A stretch of DNA of 64,000 nucleotides, taken from positions 3,520,001 through 3,584,000 of the forward strand of contig OZ242358.1 of assembly GCA_965208835.1 (NCBI GenBank), in the 5' to 3' direction. Each line of letters starts with the position of its first letter. The stretch's first letter is position 1. The DNA is from Candidatus Latescibacterota bacterium (GTDB taxonomy: Bacteria > Latescibacterota > UBA2968 > GCA-2709665). Both the position numbers and the translations under genes were made by a program. Shown here piece after piece: positions 18,556 through 27,947 of this stretch. The notes below the pieces were generated by a model. The model did no database searches, had not been told where the DNA came from, and saw only the letters and a program-made list of their open reading frames with translations.

Positions 18556-19973
18556 CAGGCTGACTCCACACAGATCCCCGCCGCCCCGCACAGCGCGGCC
18601 TCTACGATGCGCAACTCACCGGCCGCCACCGTTCGCAGATCCAGAAACAGTCGATCGTCCCGCACGTATCCGATAACCGGCGGATCGTTCGACCGCAAAC
18701 GGGCCGCCAGTTCGGTTACGGAACCACCGGCGAATGACACACGTAACGCGACGCTGGGGATTTCCTCAAGCGGCATGGCGCCGCTTCCCGTCTGGGCGAC
18801 CGAATCCACCAATTCAACCCGCAACCTGTTGTCGGGCAGTTGACTCAGCCGAGACAGACTCCGCCGACCGCGCCGCTTCAGCGTTTTGACAGGCTCGGTG
18901 AGCATCGCGAGCGTTGGATGCGTCCGCAACAGTTCCTTCCGATTCAGGAAAAGTCTCAACGTTGACGCCAGCGCGGCGTACGTCAGCTTCCCGCACCTCA
19001 GCGCCCGCATGAGCGGGTTCCGACGGATCCTCCGGATGGCGTCTCGCCGCCCAACCAGAATACCCGCCTGGGGGCCGCCCAGCACCTTGTCTGCGCTGAA
19101 CGTAACCACGTCGGCGCCGGCCGCAACGCTGTCCGAAACCAGGGGTTCGTGAGGCAGACCGAATTCGCGCATGTCCACAAGTGCACCGCCGCCCAGGTCG
19201 TGGACCACGGCCACACCGCGCCGATTGCCCAGCGCAACCAGGTCCGCGAGTGAAACCGCGGCCGTAAATCCCATCACCTTGTAATTGCTCGGGTGTACCG
19301 CCAGCATCAGACCGGCGCGGTCGGTCAGCGCCGCCTCGAAGTCTTGCAGGTGGGTCCGGTTGGTCGTACCGACCTCGACCATCACTGCGCCGCTGCGCGC
19401 CATGATTTCCGGGATGCGAAAGGACCCTCCGATTTCGATCAGTTCGCCTCGTGAGACCAGCGCTTCTTTGCCCAGACACAGCGTATTCAGGGACAATAAT
19501 ACGGCCGCCGCGTTGTTATTGACCACGGCCGCCGCTTCCGCGCCCGTCAGCACGCACAGCAATTCTTCGACCAGGGCCGTTCGGGACCCGCGACGGCCCG
19601 TTTCAAGGTCCACTTCCAGATTGCTGTACCCCGCGGCAGCTCCCGCGACGGCCCGGGCGGCCGCATCCGGCAGCGGCGCGCGTCCGAGGTTTGTGTGCAG
19701 CACGATTCCCGTGGCGTTGACGACCCGCTTGAGACCGGAAGCGGCAATGCGCTTGAAACGCCGGCAGACATCGCGAACCACCCATGCCACCAGAAGCTCC
19801 CGGGACTCGCCGATCGCCTCACCTTCAAGCACGGCCTCCCGGGCCGCGTCGATTCCCTCGCGCACGAAACGCACGACCAGCGGCTGATCGCAGCGCTCGC
19901 ACAACGCCCGCACCTCTGGTTCGGCCATGACCGAGTCAACCGAAGGAATTACCGAAAGGTTGGCCTGTGCCAC
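18555..19973 (-). CDS. selA: L-seryl-tRNA(Sec) selenium transferase
   Basis: NATGIVLHTNLGRA, NNNAAAV, SRGELIEIGGSFRIP, EVGTTNRT, FSADKVLGGPQAG; GTG start at 19973 or 19976 after GGGAG. Confidence 0.97.
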   Translation of the reverse strand: MAQANLSVIPSVDSVMAEPEVRALCERCDQPLVVRFVREGIDAAREAVLEGEAIGESRELLVAWVVRDVCRRFKRIAASGLKRVVNATGIVLHTNLGRAPLPDAAARAVAGAAAGYSNLEVDLETGRRGSRTALVEELLCVLTGAEAAAVVNNNAAAVLLSLNTLCLGKEALVSRGELIEIGGSFRIPEIMARSGAVMVEVGTTNRTHLQDFEAALTDRAGLMLAVHPSNYKVMGFTAAVSLADLVALGNRRGVAVVHDLGGGALVDMREFGLPHEPLVSDSVAAGADVVTFSADKVLGGPQAGILVGRRDAIRRIRRNPLMRALRCGKLTYAALASTLRLFLNRKELLRTHPTLAMLTEPVKTLKRRGRRSLSRLSQLPDNRLRVELVDSVAQTGSGAMPLEEIPSVALRVSFAGGSVTELAARLRSNDPPVIGYVRDDRLFLDLRTVAAGELRIVEAALCGAAGICVESA

Positions 19974-19989
19974 CACGTTTCTCCCGATT

Positions 19990-20041
19990 CTAGTGTTCTG
20001 TCCCGGAAATAAGTTACCTAATTTCCGGGACAGAACACTAG
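19990..20041. mobile_element. 52-bp palindrome: collapsed IS630-like terminal repeat pair
   Basis: ctagtgttctgtcccggaaat, 10-nt spacer, atttccgggacagaacactag (perfect 21-bp inverted repeat); right arm reads ISGTEH-stop, resembling IS630 transposase ends. Confidence 0.7.
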
Positions 20042-20113
20042 ACGCCATCAGCGATGCACGGTGCAGGGTATTGTGTACCCCGGAACGGGTTCATACCCGC
20101 AGGGAGGCCTGCC

Positions 20114-22327
20114 TCAGGGTACGATGCTGAACGAAATCTCCTTCGAAGCCTGTTCATCCGCCAGCAGGTCCGTTACGGCCACCCTAACAAGCTGTCCGCC
20201 CTCTCGCGTCCCGGTCAGGTCCAGCTCCACGTACGCCACTTCGTCCGGCCGGTTACCGGCCTGATCGTAGGCGATCACGATCTCCTGGTCCTTTTCTGAC
20301 AGCCGGAATACCCGGCCCAGTCCGTGCAGAATTTTCGCAGGCAACGCCCTGTCCCTCTTTGACCGCAACGTATATTCCACTCGATAGCGCGTCTGTCCGA
20401 AGGCATCCTGCTTCAGATTATATATCTCGAAATAAACGAACGCGTTCTGATGGCTCCGAAACGCAAGCGACGACATCGGGATTACCTTAAGGCCGTTCTT
20501 TATGTACTCACCCTCCGTCTCTTCCGTCGGTTCCGTCGCGAAGGCCAGTTCGATATCGCTGATCAGCAGCCCGGATGTTTTGTGATAGTCCTCCAGGACA
20601 ACCGCCTGCTGATAGACCTGGGACTTGCCGGAAACCACGTCCCTTACCTGCAGGGCCATCTGGTACGTACCCGGCGGCAGGTCCACCGGCATCACGCCGG
20701 GAATGAACGCGCCGTCGGCAACCTGCCGGTCCGAGGGGGCCCTGAAGGCCATCTGATCCACCTCACGATAGACTTCGTTCCACGAGCCGTCGAACAAGGC
20801 TACGCCCCGGTCCAGCAGAATGAGATCCGTCTTCCCATCCACATTCAACCGCACGACCTCGGATGCAGGCAGCCCGTAGTAGACCTCAAGTCGCGTCCTG
20901 GACTCCGGTCCCCTGAAATCCGCAGGATAGTAGTAGAAATCGATGGGCAGATCGGCGAAGTCGGGCGAATAGCGTGACGGCCGCGTGGCCACGACATTCT
21001 GCATGATCACCCCGCCCTGGAATTCGGCCAGATGGACACCGATATGCGGCGCGACGCTCAGCGGAAACGGCGCAAAGTCGTAACGCCTGCCCTTGAAGAC
21101 TTCCGCGAAGGTGATCTCGATTCCGCCGTCAACCTGCGTGTAGATCCAGTATTCCCACTTGGCATTCGCGGCAACCGGAAAGATTGGCAACCCCGGTGAA
21201 ATGGCCAGTGCCATCCGGGAACGATTCACGAAATTCACACGCGTTTCCTGTAATTCCCGATTCCGTTCGGCCTGAACATCGTCCCATCTGCTGATGTGAT
21301 CGGGATTTCCAAGCCGGATGAATACCTCGCCGCGCTTGTCCCATCCGCCATCCGGCCTGGTATAGTGTTCCAGCGCGTACGCGACACGGCGATAGTGCTC
21401 CAGCAGACGTTCGTTTTCAGGTGTGAGAGGAGTTGGGTCGCGTCGGATCCAGTACCGTGCGGCGAGCGCATCTCTCTCCTCGGGAAACGCCGCCTCAAAA
21501 CGCGCAAGGTCCTCGTCGTCCGCCACAAGGGATATGTCCTGATATCTGCGTTGTTCTGCTTCCGGCAGGAAGGAGAAATAGACCTCGAACAGTCGGTTCG
21601 CACGCTCGAAGTCGCGATTCATCAGGGCAATAACGGCGAGATCGCGATTGGCCGGAACACGGGCGTCGCCACCGGCCTTCAGCAGCCCTGAGAGCGTGCT
21701 GACCGCTTCCTCGCTGTTGCCCAGCGAAAGCCACAACCTGGCCAGCCGGATTCCCGCGTCGGGGTGTGCCGGATTCACCGCCATCTCTTGCTGGTAGACG
21801 GAAATCGCCTCGTGGCGCTTGCCGTCGTCCTCCAGAAGCAGTCCAACCTGGTAATGAGCGTCCGGGTAGCCGGCATCCATTTCGATCACTCTCTCAAATG
21901 CCTCCCGCGCCCGACGTTTCCGCGTTTCCAGGTAGACGACCGCGAGGTGGTATTGCGCCTCCGCCATGCCCGGATCGGCCCTCAGGGCACGCTTGAAATA
22001 CGTCTCTGCGCGCCTGAATCCCTGCCTGGATGCCATATAGGCCAGTCCCAACCCGTTGTAACCGGCTGCCCTGGCGCCTTTTTTCACCGCCTTCCTGAAT
22101 GCGTTTTTGGCCTCTTTCTGATTGCCGGCATCCAGGTACGCCTGCCCCATCAGGACGTAATCCCGCGCCGTTTCCTCTCCCGTGCCGATCACCCGCTTCA
22201 GCGCGGCGACGGCACGTTCCGGCCGACCCCCCTCAATGTCCGCTTCCGCCCGGACACGCAGCGAATCAGCCGGCGCCGCCGATACGGATGCAACGATCGT
22301 GAGACTCAGGGAAATTATCCACGTCAT
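20114..22327 (-). CDS. GWxTD-domain protein with N-terminal TPRs and C-terminal Ig-like domains
   Basis: Signal peptide, TPRs, YWIRRDPTPLTPENERLLEHYRRVAYA, GWDKRGEVFIRLGNPD, WEYWIY, VYFEIYNL. Confidence 0.88.
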   Translation of the reverse strand: MTWIISLSLTIVASVSAAPADSLRVRAEADIEGGRPERAVAALKRVIGTGEETARDYVLMGQAYLDAGNQKEAKNAFRKAVKKGARAAGYNGLGLAYMASRQGFRRAETYFKRALRADPGMAEAQYHLAVVYLETRKRRAREAFERVIEMDAGYPDAHYQVGLLLEDDGKRHEAISVYQQEMAVNPAHPDAGIRLARLWLSLGNSEEAVSTLSGLLKAGGDARVPANRDLAVIALMNRDFERANRLFEVYFSFLPEAEQRRYQDISLVADDEDLARFEAAFPEERDALAARYWIRRDPTPLTPENERLLEHYRRVAYALEHYTRPDGGWDKRGEVFIRLGNPDHISRWDDVQAERNRELQETRVNFVNRSRMALAISPGLPIFPVAANAKWEYWIYTQVDGGIEITFAEVFKGRRYDFAPFPLSVAPHIGVHLAEFQGGVIMQNVVATRPSRYSPDFADLPIDFYYYPADFRGPESRTRLEVYYGLPASEVVRLNVDGKTDLILLDRGVALFDGSWNEVYREVDQMAFRAPSDRQVADGAFIPGVMPVDLPPGTYQMALQVRDVVSGKSQVYQQAVVLEDYHKTSGLLISDIELAFATEPTEETEGEYIKNGLKVIPMSSLAFRSHQNAFVYFEIYNLKQDAFGQTRYRVEYTLRSKRDRALPAKILHGLGRVFRLSEKDQEIVIAYDQAGNRPDEVAYVELDLTGTREGGQLVRVAVTDLLADEQASKEISFSIVP

Positions 22328-22468
22328 GGTCAAGCCTTCTTCGTAGAGACGCACGGCAAGTCACTGAGAAAATCTATCGAATATACACTCCGCACGCAAA
22401 GTATTTCTATGCTTGGCACGCGTGCGGGGAGCCGGTCCGCAATCCCGTAAATTCAGCATGCTTCGGCA

Positions 22469-22497
22469 TTGACAAGGCGCCAGTGCAGGTTTATCTT
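22469..22497 (+). promoter_or_regulatory. Putative sigma70 promoter of galU
   Basis: TTGACA (22469-22474), 17-bp spacer, TATCTT (22492-22497). Confidence 0.65.
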
Positions 22498-22529
22498 TCC
22501 GGCCGGTCAATTACTGGGAAGGGTCATTT

Positions 22530-23444
22530 ATGTGCGTCCGTAAAGTCGTCATCCCGGTTGCCGGGCTCGGTACCCGATTGTTGCCCACGACAAGAGCCCT
22601 GCCGAAAGAGATGCTGCCCGTTGGCAAATATCCCGCGATACAGCACGTGGTCGAGGAAATGGCAGCCGCGAATCTGACGAAGTGTCTCTTCATTACCTCT
22701 CACAGCAAAACTATTATCGAAAACCAGTTCGACAACAACGTCGATCTTGCCTCACAGTCTGGCCAGAACCACGGATCCAATGACACGGGTCAACTCGACT
22801 ACAGCCGGCGCGGCATCGAGTTCTTTTATACCCGACAGCAGGCGCTCTCCTCCGCGAAGGGACCCCGGGGCACGGGCGCGGCAATACTCGCTGCCGAGAG
22901 CTTCGTGGACACGGAGCACTTTGCGGTCGCCTACGGCGATACAATTATCAACACCAGGCATACGCCAAACTTTCTTGCTCGAATGATCGAATCTCATCTC
23001 GAATTCGGGTCCGCGTGTACCGTGGGCGTCCGTCGGGTCACGTCCGATATGGTCGGACGGTACGGAATCGTCGAACCGGACCCGGCAGACGATCTGAACG
23101 CAGACAGCTTCGCCATCCACGATCTGGTGGAAAAACCCGGTGCAGACGAGGCGCCAAGCCTGATGGCCGTGAGCGCCCGCTATGTGTTCAGTCCCGATAT
23201 CTTCGATGAAATCCGCGCGCTTACGCAGGCCGCGCGCGAAGAAATCGGCGTCACGGACGCCATTCGAGGCCTGATACGGCGGGGGAAATCGGTCAGATGC
23301 GTGCGTCTGTTACCGGACGAAACAAGATACGACATCGGTAGCCACGCCAGCTACTACAGGGCGTTTATTGACTTTGCCCTTCAGGATCCCGAGTGCGGAG
23401 ACAGAATTCGGGAGTACCTCGAAGCCTGCTTAACAGCCCGTTAA
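22530..23444 (+). CDS. galU: UTP-glucose-1-phosphate uridylyltransferase (stop codon supplied by a MITE)
   Basis: PVAGLGTRLLPTTRALPKEMLP, YGD, YGIV, LVEKP, TDAI, YDIG. Confidence 0.9.
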   Translation: MCVRKVVIPVAGLGTRLLPTTRALPKEMLPVGKYPAIQHVVEEMAAANLTKCLFITSHSKTIIENQFDNNVDLASQSGQNHGSNDTGQLDYSRRGIEFFYTRQQALSSAKGPRGTGAAILAAESFVDTEHFAVAYGDTIINTRHTPNFLARMIESHLEFGSACTVGVRRVTSDMVGRYGIVEPDPADDLNADSFAIHDLVEKPGADEAPSLMAVSARYVFSPDIFDEIRALTQAAREEIGVTDAIRGLIRRGKSVRCVRLLPDETRYDIGSHASYYRAFIDFALQDPECGDRIREYLEACLTAR

Positions 23445-23593
23445 AAAAGCCCATCCGGACTGCGGCCGGCCCTTGCGGTCGAAATACTACGTTGCGCGCC
23501 CTCGCCGAATCGTAGGATGGGACTCGGTTGCGCGCCTTGTCCTCGGCCACAATGGCTCGGCCTCGCCTGCAGAGCGGCTTTTTCAACGGACTG
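23434..23593 (+). mobile_element. MITE family A, copy 4 (160 bp), in the 3' end of galU
   Basis: Terminal repeats cagcccgttaaaaaag / ctttttcaacggactg; flanks TTAA and TTGA. Confidence 0.85.
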
Positions 23594-23654
23594 TTGAAGC
23601 GCGCTGGCAAGACCCCCGATCCGGGTGAGGTTCGCGGACAATAGCACGCCACAG

Positions 23655-23692
23655 AAAAAAGCCCTTCGGAACTCAGAAATCCGAAGGGTTTT
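23655..23692. terminator. Bidirectional intrinsic terminator
   Basis: aaaaaagcccttcgga-loop-tccgaagggtttt between convergent genes. Confidence 0.8.
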
Positions 23693-23834
23693 GCCAAATG
23701 CAGTATTGGTTGGATTCGACGAACGGAAACGGGAGCCTCGCCTGCCGGGTGACTGGCCAATTGACCCAGCATCGACGGCGCCACGGGTTCCGGCTTCTCT
23801 TCCCGAACGCTCCTCTTCTCCCAGGAATGCCCGT

Positions 23835-24290
23835 TCAACGCGTCTGATCATCGTCGGTCACGAGTTTCTCGCCGTCGAAGATCAACTTGCCCTTTTCGTA
23901 GATGCAACCGGTCTCCTCGACCAGTTCGTATTTCATCAACTGACCATGCGACATATGATTGAAGACTTCTTTGGGGTCTTTGTATTTTTCAATCAGTTTT
24001 TCGATTGGACCCTCGAACTGGATGGACCTGCGAACGGGTCGCTCTCTTTCGCGACGTTCCCGCTCCTCCGTGGTTAGGATAGGCAGCCGCTCAGCCGCGG
24101 GTCCGAGCCGGCTGGTATACTCCTGCCGCTGTCGAAACCGGTCGTGGCGCTTCTCGAGTTCCGACTTGTCCCCTACGTTGTCGTAATATTCCGATACCTC
24201 GTCCGCCTTCTGCCTGAATCGCTCCTGTTCCTGGTCCTTCAGTTCATCGTTGCCCATCTTTCGCATAATATCCTTAACCGACTTGCTCAT
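23835..24290 (-). CDS. Hypothetical highly charged protein (151 aa)
   Basis: GGAGG RBS, Lys/Glu/Arg-rich protein-like composition; no family recognised. Confidence 0.75.
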   Translation of the reverse strand: MSKSVKDIMRKMGNDELKDQEQERFRQKADEVSEYYDNVGDKSELEKRHDRFRQRQEYTSRLGPAAERLPILTTEERERRERERPVRRSIQFEGPIEKLIEKYKDPKEVFNHMSHGQLMKYELVEETGCIYEKGKLIFDGEKLVTDDDQTR

Positions 24291-24571
24291 TCATACGCCT
24301 CCAGGTCATTGGGACATCGGGTCACGCAGACGCATTTGTCGCGGTGCGGCGATATTTTTCGGCTCGGCTCCACGACAAAAAACATACATCGCGGCCTCGC
24401 ATTTGTCAACGGCAAATTTCGAGTTTCCGTACCGCCGCGTTCCCGAAATGCTTTGACTCCCGAAAGTCTCCAACGTAGTTTGTCGTCGGTGAAAAAGGGG
24501 CCCGCAAACGCGCCCCGCGACCCTGACCCTGGATCGCCACGATCCGATGCGTGGCATTGCACCGGCCCTGG

Positions 24572-24717
24572 CAGCCCGTTGAAAGGGTCGATCCGGGCTA
24601 CGGCTGGCCCTTGTGGTCGAAATACCGCGTTGCGCGCCCTCGCCGAATCGCCTGATGGGACTCGGTCGCGCGCCTTATCGTCGGCATCGCCTGCAGAGCG
24701 ACCCTATCAACGGACTG
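24572..24717 (+). mobile_element. MITE family A, copy 5 (146 bp), upstream of mazG
   Basis: Terminal repeats cagcccgttgaaagggtcg / cgaccctatcaacggactg; flanks CTGG and TTAA. Confidence 0.85.
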
Positions 24718-24734
24718 TTAACAAGGAACCCTGG

Positions 24735-25541
24735 ATGTCCGAACTCGATCGTCTCGTCAAGCTGATGGCCCGGTTGCGCGGCCCCGACGGATGTCCCTGG
24801 GACCGGGAGCAAACGCACCAGAGCCTCAAACCCTATCTGATTGAAGAAACCTACGAAGCCCTGGACGCCATCGACAGGGAAGACGACGATGGCCTGCGGG
24901 ACGAATTGGGCGATGTACTCCTTCAGATCGTCTTTCACGCGCAGCTTGCCCGGGAGGAATCCCGGTTCACGTTGGAAGACGTGGCTGCGGCCACGTCCGA
25001 AAAACTCATTCGCAGGCATCCGCACGTGTTCGGGAGCGCCACCGCAAATACCCCCGGACAGGTGGTTGAAAACTGGGAAGCCATCAAATTGAACGAAAAG
25101 CGGGAAAGGGGCCTGACCCCATCCATCCTCGACGGCATTCCAGGGCAGCTCCCCTCACTGCTCAAGGCACGACGCGTTCAGGAGCGGGCGGCACGTTCCG
25201 GCTTCGACTGGGAAGATTCGGGCGAGGTTGAAGACAAGGTGCGCGAGGAAGTGGACGAGTTCCTCGAAGCGTGGCGGGACGCGGACAACAGGGGTGTAGA
25301 AGAAGAATTCGGCGACCTCCTGTTCTCTCTGGTCAACCTCGCCAGGTTTCTGAAGGTCTGCCCTGAAGAATCGCTTCGGAAAACCGTCGGGAAATTCGAG
25401 TACCGCTTCCGTTATATCGAGCAGGAGCTTGGAAGGCAGGGCAAGAACCCGCAAAACGCCAGCATGGAAGAAATGGACCGGCTGTGGGAGGCATCCAAGA
25501 AACAGCAGTCGAAAAATGCGTCCGCCGATCGCGATTCATGA
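24735..25541 (+). CDS. mazG: Nucleoside triphosphate pyrophosphohydrolase MazG (tandem domain)
   Basis: LRGPDGCPWDREQT, EETYE, ELGDVLLQIVFH, KLIRRHPHVF, GFDW, EEFGDLLF. Confidence 0.96.
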   Translation: MSELDRLVKLMARLRGPDGCPWDREQTHQSLKPYLIEETYEALDAIDREDDDGLRDELGDVLLQIVFHAQLAREESRFTLEDVAAATSEKLIRRHPHVFGSATANTPGQVVENWEAIKLNEKRERGLTPSILDGIPGQLPSLLKARRVQERAARSGFDWEDSGEVEDKVREEVDEFLEAWRDADNRGVEEEFGDLLFSLVNLARFLKVCPEESLRKTVGKFEYRFRYIEQELGRQGKNPQNASMEEMDRLWEASKKQQSKNASADRDS

Positions 25542-25608
25542 CAGTCCGCTGTTCAAGTCGCGCTGCAGATAAGATGATGGTGTCCGGTCCCCTGAATGAA
25601 CCCCGAAT

Positions 25609-26565
25609 TCAACGCCCTGCCACGCGTTCATACACCTGCACCGCCGCCATCAGATCCTGGATCGCCATTCCCGTAAAATAGGCAATCGCACCCTGGCCGC
25701 GCCGGTCTTCCAGTCGGCCCAGTGCCGCGTCTCCAATGTTCAGTACGCGCCCCTCGCCGTCTGCGGCCAACCGGTCCCCGCCCAGACCGGCCAACAGGAA
25801 ATCTCCCGACTTCAGAACCTGTTCCGGATGGTCTGCAACCACCTCCCGGCTGCTCAAGAGCCCGGGATCGAGTTGCGCCGTCCTCGGGTCGCCCGCGATT
25901 ACGGACAGATGCACCGCATCGCCAACGTCCCGCGGTCCCAGGATCGGTCTGGGCGTGGGAACGGCCGTCATCACGGCATCCGCCCCATCCAGACAGTCGC
26001 CAATCGCGTTCGCACTCCTTATACGGGCGTTCACCTTTGGCTGTACGAACGCGGCGAACGCCTCGACGTTGGCGGCGCTCCGGCTGGTCGCCCTGATCTC
26101 TCGCGGCCCCAGGGCCGCGTCGGCGCACAGCGCAAGCGCGCGTGATATGCGTCCGGTACCCACAATCGCCAGCACCTCCGTACTGGCGGCAAGATAGCGG
26201 ACGCCGAGCACGCCCGCTGCGCCCGTCCGCATATTGGTCAGATATTCCGCATCCAGCTCCGCGCTCCGGCCCGTTGCAACGTCATCCAGTTCGATCACCG
26301 CGGTGCGCCCCGCAAGCCGCCCGGAAGCAACATCCGACCGCTCCACGATCACCTTTCTCGCACGGTAACGCCGGGGCCACTCCGCAGGCATCTCCAGGCG
26401 GAACACATCCGCGCCGTCCGTCCTTCGCACGTCTTCACGGCGCGGCGGATTCAGCACCTCTCCCGATCCATAGAGGCGGAACGCACGGTCACAGCCTTCC
26501 ACAACCTCCCCGGCGCACAGTATTCCCGCTATTTCGGCATCTGAAATCCGTAATTTTCCATCCAA
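25609..26565 (-). CDS. Ornithine cyclodeaminase / mu-crystallin family protein
   Basis: LEMPA, LTNMRTGAAG, IVGTG, FTGMAIQDL; TTG start after GGAGGG. Confidence 0.85.
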   Translation of the reverse strand: MDGKLRISDAEIAGILCAGEVVEGCDRAFRLYGSGEVLNPPRREDVRRTDGADVFRLEMPAEWPRRYRARKVIVERSDVASGRLAGRTAVIELDDVATGRSAELDAEYLTNMRTGAAGVLGVRYLAASTEVLAIVGTGRISRALALCADAALGPREIRATSRSAANVEAFAAFVQPKVNARIRSANAIGDCLDGADAVMTAVPTPRPILGPRDVGDAVHLSVIAGDPRTAQLDPGLLSSREVVADHPEQVLKSGDFLLAGLGGDRLAADGEGRVLNIGDAALGRLEDRRGQGAIAYFTGMAIQDLMAAVQVYERVAGR

Positions 26566-26780
26566 TCGTCCACCCTCCGTTGCATTTACCCGGACTTGGT
26601 AACCGTCCAAACGAACTTACGCGACTGTTGTCGCATTGTGAAGAGAAAAGTGACGGGACGCCACGGGATTCCGATCCGCTTCAGGCACGGAAATTCGACT
26701 TGACGGGCTCCGGCTCCGGAACAATATTGAAAGCCCGTTTCAAGCACTTTCGTCGCCCAATTCCAAAAACGAGGCATCTC

Positions 26781-27947
26781 ATGAAGATTACGGACGTCGA
26801 GACTTTCATCGCTGGCAACCCGTGGAAGAACTGGCTGTTTACACGCGTACATACGGACGAGGGGATATACGGCGTCGGCGAGGGCACGGTCAATTTCATG
26901 GCCAGGACCGTGGAATCGGCTATCCACGAACTCAGGCCGCAGTGGGAAGGCCAGGACCCGTTCCAGCCCGAACGCATCGTCCAGCGGATGTACCGCGACG
27001 TGTACACCGACGGCGGTCAGATTCACAAACACGCGGTGGCCGCCATCGAAGTCGCGTGCTGGGACATCATGGGCAAGTGTCTGAACAAGCCCGTCTACCA
27101 GCTTTTGGGCGGCCAGATGCGCGACAGGATCAGGGCCTATGCGAACGGCTGGTATCGCGGCCCGCGGACGCCGGAGAACTTTCACGAGAAGGCGCTCGAC
27201 GTGGTCCGCCGCGGGTACACGGCCCTTAAATTCGATCCTTTCGGTTCCGCCTACCAGATCACGGACCTGGATGACGAGGCGCTGGCCATCGACATCATCG
27301 CGGCGGTACGCGACGCAGTGGGACCCGGCGTGGACGTTCTCGTGGAGGGCCACTGCCGATTCAGCACATCCACCGCCCTCAAATTCGCCCGGAAGATGGA
27401 ACCTTACAACCCCACCTGGTTTGAGGAGCCGACGCCCCACCACAAAATCGATGCCCTTGCCCAGGTTGCGAGAGAGTCGCCGGTGCCCATCGCCACGGGG
27501 GAAAGCCTCCATACGAAGTACCAATTCGCCGAACTGCTGAAACACGACGTCGTCCACATCCTTCAGCCGGAGCCGCTGGCATGCGGCGGGCTCTGGTCAA
27601 CCCGAATGATCTGCGATATGGTCGACGCGCACTATGGCGTGGTCGCGCCGCACGACGCGCAGGGCCCCGTCTGCACAGCCATATGCCTTCAACTCGCGGC
27701 GTGTACGCCCAACCACTTCATACAGGAGACCTTCGACGAATTCAACGTGGAGTGGGAACGGGACCTGGTTACGGGCGAAGGGTATGATGTCGTCGACGGC
27801 CACTTCGACGTACCCGCCTCGCCCGGCCTGGGCATCGATCTCAACGTGGACGAGATTCGTAAACACCCCTATTCCGTGAACAACCACCTGCCGCTGTTCA
27901 GGGACGGCTGGGAACGCCGCGTTTCCCAGGAGGAGGTGACGTCATGA
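26781..27947 (+). CDS. Mandelate racemase / galactonate dehydratase (DgoD-like) enolase
   Basis: TDEGIYGVGE, WDIMGK..KPVYQLLGG, YANGW, ALKFDPF, EGH, WFEEP, ATGE, APH. Confidence 0.92.
   Translation: MKITDVETFIAGNPWKNWLFTRVHTDEGIYGVGEGTVNFMARTVESAIHELRPQWEGQDPFQPERIVQRMYRDVYTDGGQIHKHAVAAIEVACWDIMGKCLNKPVYQLLGGQMRDRIRAYANGWYRGPRTPENFHEKALDVVRRGYTALKFDPFGSAYQITDLDDEALAIDIIAAVRDAVGPGVDVLVEGHCRFSTSTALKFARKMEPYNPTWFEEPTPHHKIDALAQVARESPVPIATGESLHTKYQFAELLKHDVVHILQPEPLACGGLWSTRMICDMVDAHYGVVAPHDAQGPVCTAICLQLAACTPNHFIQETFDEFNVEWERDLVTGEGYDVVDGHFDVPASPGLGIDLNVDEIRKHPYSVNNHLPLFRDGWERRVSQEEVTS

Noticed and set aside
26142-26780. Long N-terminal extension of the enolase ORF
   Set aside because: Overlaps the divergent cyclodeaminase gene; family homology begins at MKITDVETF (26781)
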